Below, piece after piece: positions 1 to 10,164 of a DNA stretch of 64,000 nt (positions are counted from its first letter, which is position 1; every line of letters begins with the position of its first letter). Origin of the DNA: Nitrospinaceae bacterium (GTDB lineage: Bacteria > Nitrospinota > Nitrospinia > Nitrospinales > Nitrospinaceae); contig OZ245011.1 in assembly GCA_965223665.1 (NCBI GenBank), positions 1,664,001-1,728,000 on the forward strand, written 5' to 3'. Both the position numbers and the translations under genes were made by a program. The notes under the pieces were generated by a model, which ran no database searches, was not told the origin of the DNA, and worked only from the letters and a program-made list of their open reading frames with translations.

Positions 1-3000
1 GTCACCTCACGGAACACATGATCTCCGGAACTGCCGTTATATATATTCAAAGAAATGCTGGCAGAATCTATCGTTGCTCCGCTCGGTATCGAAGAAATGT
101 CCCAGGCGAGTACAGTTTTCAGATCGGTACCGGAACCTTCATCGGATTCTAAATTCACTTCGGTCCCATAGTTGGTGGTGGGGCTTGCTTCTTTCAGCAA
201 AGCGTCCCGTGTACCGTTGTAACTGCTATCCGGCTCAACACCTTCCTGAAACTCTATTGTCGTTTGTGTTCCCCCGCCACCGCCACCGGTGCCGCCATCG
301 AAGGTGTAGACCACATCACCGACACCTAAAGCTTTTTGCGTGCTGTAATCTTTTTGCACCAGGCGATTGAGCGCATCGTACTGGAAGTGGATTACCTGAC
401 CCTTGGCATCGGTCTGTTTGACGATGTTACCGACGTTGTCGTACTCGTAAGACCATACCCCCATGTCCGGATCGTCCATACCGATTTTTCGCGACAGCGT
501 ATTGTAAGTCAGTATCGATTCGTTGCCTTTGTCGTCAGTGGTCTTGAGCAGCTTGCCCTGAACATCGTATTCGTAAGTGGTTTCGGAATAGACGTTGGTG
601 GTACTGTTCGGATCACAAGAACTGTATGTTCCTGAGAACTCCTGGACGAGGAGTGGTTTGCCGAAGACGTTACGCACTTGCCTAGTTTTATGGCCGTTCG
701 CATCGATGGTGGCCGAGGTCCAGTCGTCATAACAATTGAGAATGAAGCTACCGTCGGGATTGGTCACTTTGGTTTTACGTCCTGCGAGATCATATTCAAT
801 CACCACCCATTTTTTGACACCACCGATGTTAAAAAACGGTAGACTGGTTTTCCACACATTTCCGCGCAGATCATAAACGGTTTCGGTGACTATTTCTTTA
901 TTGTCAGGACCGGTGCTTTTCGTTAAATACTTACGGCCCAATCCATCGAAATACACCTGCGAGGTTTGGCTCAGCGGACCATCGGTTTTCACCTGTTGTG
1001 AACTGATATTGCCGAAGTTGAGATAAGACGTGGTTGTGACGATGTCTTCCGGATCAGTAACTTTAATCACGCGACCCAGCGCATCATACTCTGTCGATAC
1101 CTTCGCACCATTGGGGTCAGTCGCCTCTTTGATCTGCCCATAAAGCCCGTTGGTCATGGACTCGCCCTCAACCCCGTAGTACTTGGTATCAACTTTATGC
1201 CCTAGAGCGTTGGTGCTGGAGATTTCGAACACTTCTTCATCATCGTACTCCATGGTCGAGGTGTTGCCGTTGGCATCGCGGGTACAAATCGGATTGCCCG
1301 CAGCATTGTACGCCAGACGCGTTTCCGGAGAGGTGCCACCGTCGAGCCAGTTCACTGAACGAGTGAGCAAACCTTTTGTAGGCAATTGATTGGTCGAAGC
1401 GGTACCACAACTGCTGGTGCCGTCGTAATACAGATCGGCATGGCTCACTTGGGTACGGCCGGTTCCAATGCCTTCATACGTGGTTTTGGATGTAGGGAAA
1501 CTGAGCAGTCGTTTAGTTAGGTTGTAATCGAACGTTTGCACTACCGTGCGATCATCGAGTGGAGTGTTGGTATCACCGTATTGTTCCTCTTCGATCACAT
1601 TGCCGTAGGCATCGTAAAAATATTTGGTTAAGGTTGTAACATTTCCGCCATGGCCGTCGTAGACCTTCACCTCCACCCATTGTGGTGGCGTGTACCAGGG
1701 TTCCTGGCCGTCGGCATCGGGAGTGTATTGCGTTTTAGTGATCGTCCAGAATGTTCCCGCAGTATCCCTGATTTCCTGGCGGTAAACCGAGCCTTTGGTG
1801 TAACCAATGGAATCGCTGGGATCGTTAGCTCCTACCGCCGTATCGTTCCCCTGATGGAAATACGAATGGTTGACGGTGCGTACACCGTTGGGTCCAGCGG
1901 GACCGGTGACTTTTGCGTGATGAAAACCACGAAACTCTTTGTCCACCAAATGAAAATACCCACCGTCGTATTCGTAATCGGTGCTGGATACATTGCCCCT
2001 GCCATCGTCGGTGGTGACTTTCGTCACCACCTGCGTCACAAACGGTAACAGCGTATTCGAAAAATCAGTGGAGGGAGAGTATTCTATTGTCGAGCTTCCG
2101 CCAAGGCCATTTTCAACCTTAGTTAGGAGGAAGGGTTTAGTATTTTTGTTCAACACACAACGCGATTCCCATCCATCAATGTCATTTGTAAGAACTATGC
2201 ATATATCCAAAAGTCCATCGCCATTAAAGTCTCCCTGGACTCGAGTCCAGGTGCCTGATCCACCATAATTTGCCGTATTATCATGCGCATTGAGAACCAT
2301 CGTTCCGAACGTGGTATCCCCATTATTCAGAACACAACGTGATTCCCAACCCCCATTAGAAGCAAGACCTGTCAACATGATACAAAAATCGGTGAGGCCA
2401 TCACCATTGTAATCCGCAGGAAGTCGTGTCCAGTATTCGGGTCCACCATAATTCACCGTACCATCATGAGTGTTAAGGATCATGGTTCCGAACGTGCCAT
2501 CACCCTTATTCATTACACAACGTGATTCCCAACCTCCATTTTGCGTGTTACCTGAATGCATAATACAAAAATCTGTGAGGCCATCGCCGTTGTAATCTGC
2601 GGGAATTCTTGTCCAGTAGGGAACTCCTCCGTAGTTTACATTTGCATTGTCATGCATCTGATTAATTACTGAACCAAAAGTTCCATCACCATCCCCCATT
2701 ACACAACTGGTTTGCCAACTGGTTGGAGAAGTTCCTGTACCTACCATGCACAGGTCAATTTTGCCATCATTGTTAAAATCGGAAAAATCTCGTGACCAGG
2801 TATTGACATCTCCATAGTTCGCAGGGTCTTGCACTTCATTTATTATCGGGCCAAAAGTTCCATCTCCATGGCCTTCCACACAACTGGTTTGCCAACTGGT
2901 TGGATAAGTGCCTGTGGCTACCATACAAAGATCAATGTCTCCATCATCATTGAAGTCAATAAAATGTCGTGTCCATGTACCCGGCCCGCCATAATTAATC

Positions 3001-3329
3001 GTGTCATGAACATTATCTACCTTTGTCCCAAAATAACCGTCACCCAGACTTGGTATACATTTTGACTTCCACCCAATAGGATTTAGTCCGGTAGCTATAA
3101 TACAAAAGTCGGTGAGACCATCGCCGTTGTAATCTGTTAAATGCCGTGTCCAAGTGCCTGCTCCCTCATAAGATCCTGTGTCGTGAGTATCGGATATTAT
3201 GTTGCCAAATTTCCCATCACCTTGGCTAAAAACACAAAGCGTTTCCCAGCCCTGATCACTGGTTTTCATGAGACAAAGATCAGTAACCGCGTCACCATTT
3301 AAATCGATCGCATGGCGGGTCCAAATACC
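1..3329 (-). CDS. RHS/YD-repeat protein, continuation after the in-frame TAG (FG-GAP-like propeller, TcdB-midN-like region, YD repeats, DNRLRE-like domain); runs off the window edge
   Basis: Manual translation in the frame of ORF 3330..4409 gave no further stop before position 1. It contains DYNGDGLTDFC repeats, LLTKVENGLGG, EFRGF, YDALGR, YDNVGNIVKQTDAKG and YDALNRL. It is absent from the ORF track, presumably because it has no stop inside the window. Confidence 0.88.
2150..3329 (-). repeat. Seven ~55-aa FG-GAP/VCBS-like coding repeats, each with two cysteines
   Basis: Unit approximately WTRxxxD(Y/F)NGDGxxD(F/L/I)C...W(E/Q)xxC, counted seven times. Confidence 0.85.
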
Positions 3330-4409
3330 CTATCCTTCAGTAATATTGGGGTCAATATTGTCTTTTTGATAAGCGAAAAACTCAGCTTCACCCTCTTGGC
3401 TATAGGTAAAATCAATCTTGGGTAAAGTAGTGCCGCCGGTGATGGTGCCGGTGCCGTCGATGGTAGCGTTATCGCCATATTGCTGAATATCAGCCAATAT
3501 TGAACGGGAGGTTTCGGCACTTTCTGTATAGGTAAGTTTGTATGCCCGTTGCAAAGTACCCGCGTTGTTGACGGTGACACTGCCGTTGGAGTTTACAGTC
3601 ACATCTGTGTTGGCACGGACTTCGACGGTTTTGAGTCGTTTCGCGGTTTTCTGTGGCGTGCCCCATTTCAGTGTGTAAATGGGATTTTTGTCATTGCGGT
3701 CTTCCAGGTGAAACACCACACTGTTGGTGGGCTTGAGTCCCAGAGCGGTGTTTCCGGTATAATCAATGCGGGAAAGATACGCCTGGCCCTGGTCATAACT
3801 GTAGTTGATCACCATGTAGTTGCCATGAACGTCTTCTACTCGGTCCAGACACCAGCGGAAAATACGGTCGGGATCATTCGGATCTACCACGCGAGTTTCC
3901 GGGTACTGGCCAAAATAATGCTTCTTGCCCATTTTATCGGTGGCCACAAAGTAAGGACGGTTATTCGAATCATTTAGCTTTTCTACTTTGGTGAAACTGC
4001 CCTCGATTTTGGAATAGTATTCGTTGCCTGTGGTATTGATCAACTCGACATTGATGCCCGAAAGGCGAAACACATAGTCGCCGCCGTTATAGTCCAACCC
4101 GTCTTTGGTCTGCCGCTCGATGACACTCTTCTCCAGTTTCCATCCCATACCGACCCAACCGTTGCCATTGGCGCTGCCATACGTCAAGGCCAACTCCGGT
4201 TGCACCGCTTGTCGCCCCGGCGGGACTTGAATAGGAATACTGGTTGTGGCTGTTCCGGTAAACAAGTCAGCGCGCACCTCTCCCCCAACAGAACCGACAG
4301 GCATGTTTTCATCTGCAAACGCATGCGGCACTGTGAATAAGGTCAGCAGGCTGAATAAAATAAATTGAATTAAAAACCGGATAGATCGGGCGGGTCGGGC
4401 AGCGATCAT
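3330..4409 (-). CDS. N-terminal part of the RHS protein: signal peptide plus SpvB/TcaC-N-like domain
   Basis: Signal peptide ending AFA-DE; motifs TGTATTSIPIQVPPGR, PELALTYGS, GNGWVGMGW, WCLDRVEDVHGNYM and YLSRIDY are typical of SpvB/TcaC N-termini; ends at TAG 3330-3332. Confidence 0.85.
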   Translation of the reverse strand: MIAARPARSIRFLIQFILFSLLTLFTVPHAFADENMPVGSVGGEVRADLFTGTATTSIPIQVPPGRQAVQPELALTYGSANGNGWVGMGWKLEKSVIERQTKDGLDYNGGDYVFRLSGINVELINTTGNEYYSKIEGSFTKVEKLNDSNNRPYFVATDKMGKKHYFGQYPETRVVDPNDPDRIFRWCLDRVEDVHGNYMVINYSYDQGQAYLSRIDYTGNTALGLKPTNSVVFHLEDRNDKNPIYTLKWGTPQKTAKRLKTVEVRANTDVTVNSNGSVTVNNAGTLQRAYKLTYTESAETSRSILADIQQYGDNATIDGTGTITGGTTLPKIDFTYSQEGEAEFFAYQKDNIDPNITEG

Positions 4410-4729
4410 GGCAGAGTCCTTCAGGAGTTAAGTTTGGATTAAAAACTAAAAGACATAAAAATGTCCCGCGATTTTTATCTCAAAACCCAATATCTGTCAA
4501 CCTTTAATTTTTTGGAATGGTAAATCTAAAGAGGCTAAAAACAACCTTTTTCTGGTGCAATTACTTGAAATTTTATGTATTATAGCGATATTTTTATTTA
4601 AGAAAATTTTCTATTAGAAAAGAGTTTGACGCCCCGATGTGATGTTTTTGGGAATGCATGGGGAGCTTGGTTTCGGTAAAAGACTGGCTGGGAGTGAGTC
4701 TATCCGGAAAGTTTCAATGAGGAGTTCAG

Positions 4730-5152
4730 TCAGGGTTTGGGGTAGGCTTTTATTTCATCGGTGAAGAATCGCTTTTGGCATTCTGCAACATTATCTTTAA
4801 CGAGAGATTTTTTGAATGCCTGATCAATGCGCAACCATCGTTCTATGAGTTCTTCAGGAACATTGCATTCCACCAGGCTATCCCGCAGCAACTGCAATCT
4901 CACTTGGAACAACTCTTCTGAGATGAACATATGTTTGTGCGCATCTTTAGGGAAACTTCCGGAATAAATCTTGCCCCCGCCCATGTTGGAAGTCATAAAA
5001 TCTGTCTGCTGACTTTCAATGATTTTTTGATCGACGTCTTTAAAAAATTGTTTTAACCAGGGATGCGCATAAATTTTGTCATAAAATATTTTATGGACCC
5101 GTTCCAACAGGGGGCGGCCTCCCAGGCTTTCAAATAAGGTACTGTCTTCCAA
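4730..5152 (-). CDS. Group I truncated haemoglobin
   Basis: LFESLGG...FYDKIYAHPWLKQFF...MGGGKIYSG...AHKHM pattern of 2/2 globins; TTG start. Confidence 0.85.
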   Translation of the reverse strand: MEDSTLFESLGGRPLLERVHKIFYDKIYAHPWLKQFFKDVDQKIIESQQTDFMTSNMGGGKIYSGSFPKDAHKHMFISEELFQVRLQLLRDSLVECNVPEELIERWLRIDQAFKKSLVKDNVAECQKRFFTDEIKAYPKP

Positions 5153-5164
5153 TAGCCGCTCCTT

Positions 5165-5515
5165 CTATTTTTTCCTGGGTTTGCCATAAACCAAAGCGAG
5201 GGAGTCCATCAGGTATCTATCGTTTACATCGATAAACTTTGCGGCGATCCCATATTGAGTGGGAGAGGTATTTTCCACGGGATCGCATCGGAGAACTTGA
5301 GCTTTCAAACGATTGCTATCCAACTTTTCATTTCCATAAAGATCAATATTTATGTTGGTTCCTTCCTGCAGGTTCTTTTGAATTTTAAAGGAGATGCCTT
5401 CCACGGTCAGATCCATGGTTTGTATGGCTATGGGATTGTCATTGGCAGTCACACTGCCCGCCATTAAAACCGTAACTCGAGGGAAATATCTTTTATCTTT
5501 GGCTTTTTCTTTCAT
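5165..5515 (-). CDS. PilZ-domain protein
   Basis: KRYFPRV (RxxxR) and DLTVEG (DxS/TxxG) motifs. Confidence 0.8.
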   Translation of the reverse strand: MKEKAKDKRYFPRVTVLMAGSVTANDNPIAIQTMDLTVEGISFKIQKNLQEGTNINIDLYGNEKLDSNRLKAQVLRCDPVENTSPTQYGIAAKFIDVNDRYLMDSLALVYGKPRKK

Positions 5516-5800
5516 AGAAAATTAGTTTAAAGTCAAAATTTTACGGATTCAATACAATTTTCATATTATCCGATACGTTTATTTTTACGGCATAAGGAAA
5601 ATAAACTGCAGGCCATCCTTTGCTTGCCCTTACCACACATCTTCCCACATGGTTTCGACTTTATAATTTGAACCTTCAACAAAGACATCTCGCCGGAATT
5701 TTCTTTTATCTTTTGATTTTTCTTTCATACCATCCAAGGGAAATAAAAATAAAAAAGTTTATAGAGCTTTTCACACTAGGATTCCAGGGTATTTGAAGAA

Positions 5801-5875
5801 AGGGTTGGCCAGGACTGGGGGAAGTCCTGGCCATTTGTGCCAAACCTTGTCCTTTGCCTAATCAAAGAACAAAGA
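5801..5875 (-). terminator. Double-hairpin element downstream of MCP gene, copy 1
   Basis: TGGCCAGGAC/GTCCTGGCCA stem plus CCTTGTCCTT/AAGAACAAAG stem; homologous to 10076-10151. Confidence 0.55.
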
Positions 5876-5979
5876 CGATAAATAGGATTTTATTTTTGAG
5901 AAATCCATCCTCTCAATAAGCTATTAAATTATGGTCTGTAACTTAACTACTCTACCTTTCTAACTCTGTTATCCACCCC

Positions 5980-7998
5980 TTAAACTTTTGCCTGATTTAC
6001 AATTTGCTGGAGTTCTGATGAAAGTTTGGACAACTCAGTCGCGGCCTGCTGCGAATCATTCGCCGCCTGAGTGGTGCCTTGAGCTGCTTCGGAAACTCCA
6101 GAAATATTTTGCGCAATTTCCTGAGATCCTTTGGCAGCGTTAGAAACGTTTCGACTCATTTCATTAGTGGTTGCCGTTTGTTCTTCCACCGCGCTGGCGA
6201 TGTTATTGGAAATATCATTGATCTGATTGATCACTTCGGAAATTTCCTGAATGGCTTCTACAGAAAGCTTGGTATCTCCCTGTATAGCCTCAATCTTCAT
6301 ACTGATTTCTTCGGTCGCTTTTGCAGTTTGATTGGCCAGTTCTTTTACTTCGTTCGCTACCACGGCAAACCCTTTTCCCGCCTCTCCGGCACGGGCCGCT
6401 TCAATCGTGGCGTTTAAGGCGAGCAAATTGGTTTGTTCCGCAATAGAGGTAATCACTTTGATCACCTGACCTATTTCCTGAGAACTTTCCCCGAGCTGGG
6501 AAACCGTGGCGTTTGTTTTTTCTGCCATTTCTACTGCCGAACGAGAAATTTTGGCAGCATCGCTGGAGCTTTTTGCAATTTCTTTTATGCTCGCAGTCAT
6601 TTCTTCGGTACCGGTGGCCACTGTTTCGACATTAATACTGACCTCCCCGGAAGATTCAGAGACCACCCGGGCCTGAGCTGCGGTTTCTTCGGCATTGCCG
6701 GCTAACTGCTGACTCACCGCTGATAATTCTTCAGAAGAACTTGCAAGTATGGTGGCCTTGTCCGTCACCTGTTTGATAATTTCCTGCATCCCTTCATTCA
6801 TTTCTTTATCCCGTTTTTCCATTTCCAATTTTTTAGTGATCACTTCCCAGGTCACCATGGGCCCCATATAATCTTGATTGTTATCATAAATAGCAGATAC
6901 CAACAGATCCAATGTTTCAGGGCCTACCTGGATTTGAGCGCGATGCGGTAAGTTTTTAGGGTCAGAAAGAATTTTTCTTTGGTGCGCGGGGTTTTTATGG
7001 AAAACATCAATCGACTGTCCCATCATAGAGTCCACCCGAACCGGAAGGTGTTTCTCTAAACCTCTTAAAGTTTCCCTGGAAGCCGGATTCATATACTGAA
7101 TATTTAATTCCATATCAGTACACATAATATTGATGGGTGCGTTTTCCATCATCGAGTTGACCCGGGCCATTCCCTTTTCATTTTCAAGTTTCTTAGTCAC
7201 CACTTCCCAGGTCACCATTGGTCCCATGTAATTTTGATTTTGATCATAAATAGGCGATACCAGCAGGTCCAATGTTTCAGGCCCCACCTGAATCTGGGCT
7301 CGGTGAGGCAAATTATTGGGATCGGCCAAAAGTCTTCTCTGATGGGATGGATTCTTGTGAAAGACATCTATACATTGACCGATCATAGAGTCCACCTGGA
7401 TGGGAAGATACTGCTCCAAACCTTTTAACGTTTTTATTGAACTAGGATTCATATACTGAATATTCAAATCCAAATCCGTACACATTACATTGACAGGTGC
7501 GTTTTCCATCATGGAGTTAATACGCGCCATGGCAGTTTCGGCTTTTATTTTTTCCGTTTCATTGGACCAGTTCACCACATAGCCCTGGCTTTGACGATTT
7601 TCATCAAATATTCCATTGATGGAAGCTTTCAACGTGACTTTTCCAAAAGTAAATTCGGCGGTATGGGGCAGTGCGTGCGGGTTATTTAAAATATTTTCTA
7701 TACGCTTCGGGTCTTTATGAAACCGGTGGATGGACCCACCAACGATTTCATTGAGAGAAACCCGGAACTCTTTGCTGATATCCTCCTGTATCCCCTTTAA
7801 AGTTTCCAAAGCCCTGGGATTGGCATAAATCAAATTATAATTCTTATCTGCAATCAGGACATTTTCCTGGAGACAGTTTAGGGAATTCAACAAATGGGAA
7901 GCAGAACTTAAAATGGAGGACTCTCCATTGTTGAATAAACTTTTAAATAAGGATGGTTTTGGTTTAGAACCTGGTAGAGTATCGTAATATTGAGTCAT
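5980..7998 (-). CDS. Soluble methyl-accepting chemotaxis protein with three Aer2-like PAS domains
   Basis: Three PAS units ([32 protein letters not shown]); MCP tip [37 protein letters not shown]; no obvious TM segment. Confidence 0.92.
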   Translation of the reverse strand: MTQYYDTLPGSKPKPSLFKSLFNNGESSILSSASHLLNSLNCLQENVLIADKNYNLIYANPRALETLKGIQEDISKEFRVSLNEIVGGSIHRFHKDPKRIENILNNPHALPHTAEFTFGKVTLKASINGIFDENRQSQGYVVNWSNETEKIKAETAMARINSMMENAPVNVMCTDLDLNIQYMNPSSIKTLKGLEQYLPIQVDSMIGQCIDVFHKNPSHQRRLLADPNNLPHRAQIQVGPETLDLLVSPIYDQNQNYMGPMVTWEVVTKKLENEKGMARVNSMMENAPINIMCTDMELNIQYMNPASRETLRGLEKHLPVRVDSMMGQSIDVFHKNPAHQRKILSDPKNLPHRAQIQVGPETLDLLVSAIYDNNQDYMGPMVTWEVITKKLEMEKRDKEMNEGMQEIIKQVTDKATILASSSEELSAVSQQLAGNAEETAAQARVVSESSGEVSINVETVATGTEEMTASIKEIAKSSSDAAKISRSAVEMAEKTNATVSQLGESSQEIGQVIKVITSIAEQTNLLALNATIEAARAGEAGKGFAVVANEVKELANQTAKATEEISMKIEAIQGDTKLSVEAIQEISEVINQINDISNNIASAVEEQTATTNEMSRNVSNAAKGSQEIAQNISGVSEAAQGTTQAANDSQQAATELSKLSSELQQIVNQAKV

Positions 7999-8167
7999 TC
8001 ATTTATCTCCAAGCGCTTTGCGGCTATTTGAAAAATTATTTTGTCAGGATTTTTTTGGCACAAAAATCACTTAACTGAACTCAGCATGAATTTAAATCAA
8101 AATGAAAGGAGCAATTTGTTAAGTAAACCCATTATCATTATCAAGATGAAATGATTTCCCCTGTTTT

Positions 8168-8206
8168 GTAAAGCCACAAAAAATGCATACACAACCCATA
8201 CAAAAC
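8168..8206 (-). promoter_or_regulatory. Direct-repeat regulator site plus -35-like TTTAC, upstream of the 3-PAS MCP
   Basis: Plus strand GTAAA-N13-CATACACAAC-C-CATACAAAAC; same spacing at 9818 and 13149. Confidence 0.55.
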
Positions 8207-8405
8207 CCCATAGGCAAAACCCGTCCAAAGAGATTAAACCAACGGAAAATTTTGATTCGATTTCTTTAACCGAATTTTCCAAAAAAATATTTAAATCTCT
8301 AATTTTCAGACTATTTCAAATATTGGCTGGGAAATCTTAGACTTGGAGGAACCGTTCTTTTTGGAGAATCAAATTTTTCATACAAAGTATGCACTCAGAA
8401 ATGCG

Positions 8406-9419
8406 TCAGGAAACCTTAACCTTTATACAATTTCGTCCACTCTCCTTGGCTTCGTATAAGGCCTGATCGGCTCTTTCAAAAAATTTTTCTTCCGAATCAC
8501 CTTTTGCTAACGTAGTCAACCCAAGGCTTATCGTGGTGGTCAACTTCTTTTCTTTAAATACCAGATAATCTTTTTCTACCGTGACTCGAATTTTTTCAGC
8601 AATCTTCTTTCCAATGCTTAAAGGACATTCTTTCAATAAGACAACAAACTCTTCTCCGCCATAGCGGAACACATCGTCTGATTTCCGGACACAACCCTGG
8701 AGAGTCTCTGCTACTGAACAAATCACCTTATCGCCCAGTTTATGACCATACGTGTCATTAAAATTTTTAAAATGATCGATATCACAAACGATTAGAATGG
8801 CGGGTTTTTCATATTTCCCAATTTCCTGAATGACTTGACTGACTGTAAAATTATAAGCCGATCTATTTAAGGTTTTTGTAAGTGGATCAATTACAGCGGC
8901 GGCTTTCGTCTCTTCAATTTGATTGGAAATACTTTGAATCATATTCTGGTTGGTATTTAATTCTTCTTTATAACTTTGAGTCTTCCTTTTCATATTCAAG
9001 GCATCAGTAATAATTTCATCCTTAATCGCCAAAATTTCATTTAAATCTTTAGCGGAACTAATACTGTTTGCATGATCTGTAAATCCCCTGTCAAAATCAC
9101 CCAGTTCTCCCAGGATATCTTTAAGGGTGCTTACCATTTCCAATACAATCCCTTTCGTTCCCTCTTTCTGTGAACTATGAAAATTTTTTTCCAGGTTCTG
9201 GCTTTTAAAAAAGTTTTCTATACTTTTTCCCAAATCAGTTGCTTTCCCAATCCGGGCAGCCTTTCGAATTACTTTTTCTAATTGGGTTATTGAAATGGCC
9301 AGGGCATCGGTTTCCGCAACCTGGGTTTTCATTCCATTCAAAAATACCAGTAGCAAATTACATACTCGATCCGTAAACTCCGTGGAGACGTTTCTCACTT
9401 CTGTGGTTTTAACTGCCAT
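8406..9419 (-). CDS. Diguanylate cyclase (GGDEF)
   Basis: DPLT, DIDHFKNFNDTYGH, RYGGEEF; RxxD I-site (RKSD) five residues before GGEEF. Confidence 0.93.
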   Translation of the reverse strand: MAVKTTEVRNVSTEFTDRVCNLLLVFLNGMKTQVAETDALAISITQLEKVIRKAARIGKATDLGKSIENFFKSQNLEKNFHSSQKEGTKGIVLEMVSTLKDILGELGDFDRGFTDHANSISSAKDLNEILAIKDEIITDALNMKRKTQSYKEELNTNQNMIQSISNQIEETKAAAVIDPLTKTLNRSAYNFTVSQVIQEIGKYEKPAILIVCDIDHFKNFNDTYGHKLGDKVICSVAETLQGCVRKSDDVFRYGGEEFVVLLKECPLSIGKKIAEKIRVTVEKDYLVFKEKKLTTTISLGLTTLAKGDSEEKFFERADQALYEAKESGRNCIKVKVS

Positions 9420-9517
9420 TAATTTTGTTATTTATAAAGAATGGATATGGAGGTTTTTTTTAATTTTTTCCTGGCCGTGGCAAATGACACCCTTCTGCAT
9501 AAACAAGGATGCCTAGA

Positions 9518-9721
9518 CTAATTTGAAGTCTTTTCTTTAAGTTCTTTCTCTAATTGCAAAATGTATTTATCCTTTTTCTTATTCTGTTCAATATGCGCAT
9601 TGACCACCTGTTTTAATCGTAATATTTCACCGGTTAATTCTTTATGGATTTGAGACAGTTCTTCCTCAAGCTTTCGAATCACCAACTCATCACCCTTGTC
9701 AACCATAACGAATGATTTCAT
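9518..9721 (-). CDS. Small coiled-coil protein
   Basis: 67-aa ORF with AGGT SD-like site, heptad-rich, co-oriented with neighbours. Confidence 0.6.
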   Translation of the reverse strand: MKSFVMVDKGDELVIRKLEEELSQIHKELTGEILRLKQVVNAHIEQNKKKDKYILQLEKELKEKTSN

Positions 9722-9817
9722 TTTTTACCTACGTTAGAGTAAATTCATATAACCCTGTTGGGTTTTAAAAAAAGACAATCAATCTATTTGAGTAGGTTCA
9801 GGCAAAAGGATATTTTC

Positions 9818-9856
9818 GTAAAGGCTGAATTAATGCATACAAAACGCATACAAAAC
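9818..9856 (-). promoter_or_regulatory. Direct-repeat regulator site, copy 2
   Basis: GTAAA-N13-CATACAAAAC-G-CATACAAAAC. Confidence 0.55.
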
Positions 9857-10075
9857 GCCTGCGCACGAATATCCCTAAAAATGGTGTTTTTGGGACTGAG
9901 TGGTCCCATTTGGGGGTTCCTGTTTCGCTTTCCTGCCACTCTAACTTTCCTATTTTCAACAATTTTTAAAATAGTTTTTTTAATGAACTTTAGTTGGACA
10001 ATAATTTTTTTTTGAATACTGAGCTCAAAGTATTTTATGTCCAAATTTTTGGGAGGGGGTTTGCTTATACTTTAA

Positions 10076-10151
10076 AGGGGGTTGGTCAGGACGGCGGAAC
10101 GTCCTGACCAATTGTCAAGACCTTGTCCTTGAACCATTCCAAGAACAAAGA
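10076..10151 (-). terminator. Double-hairpin element downstream of MCP gene, copy 2
   Basis: TTGGTCAGGAC/GTCCTGACCAA stem plus CCTTGTCCTT/AAGAACAAAG stem. Confidence 0.55.
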
Positions 10152-10164
10152 TAGAACTAAGATT

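Noticed and set aside
3330-3332. Pyrrolysine or genome-wide TAG recoding
   Set aside because: TAG ends other genes in the window normally (for example at 17459 and 5165), and no pyl genes are visible.
74-3977. Plus-strand and alternative-frame ORFs over the RHS gene
   Set aside because: Shadow ORFs of a clearly coding minus-strand frame; no motifs. The same applies to antisense ORFs over the MCPs, rtc genes and 61416-62551.
8000-10160. c-di-GMP riboswitch near the GGDEF/PilZ genes
   Set aside because: No GEMM-type two-hairpin consensus was recognisable on the coding strand.
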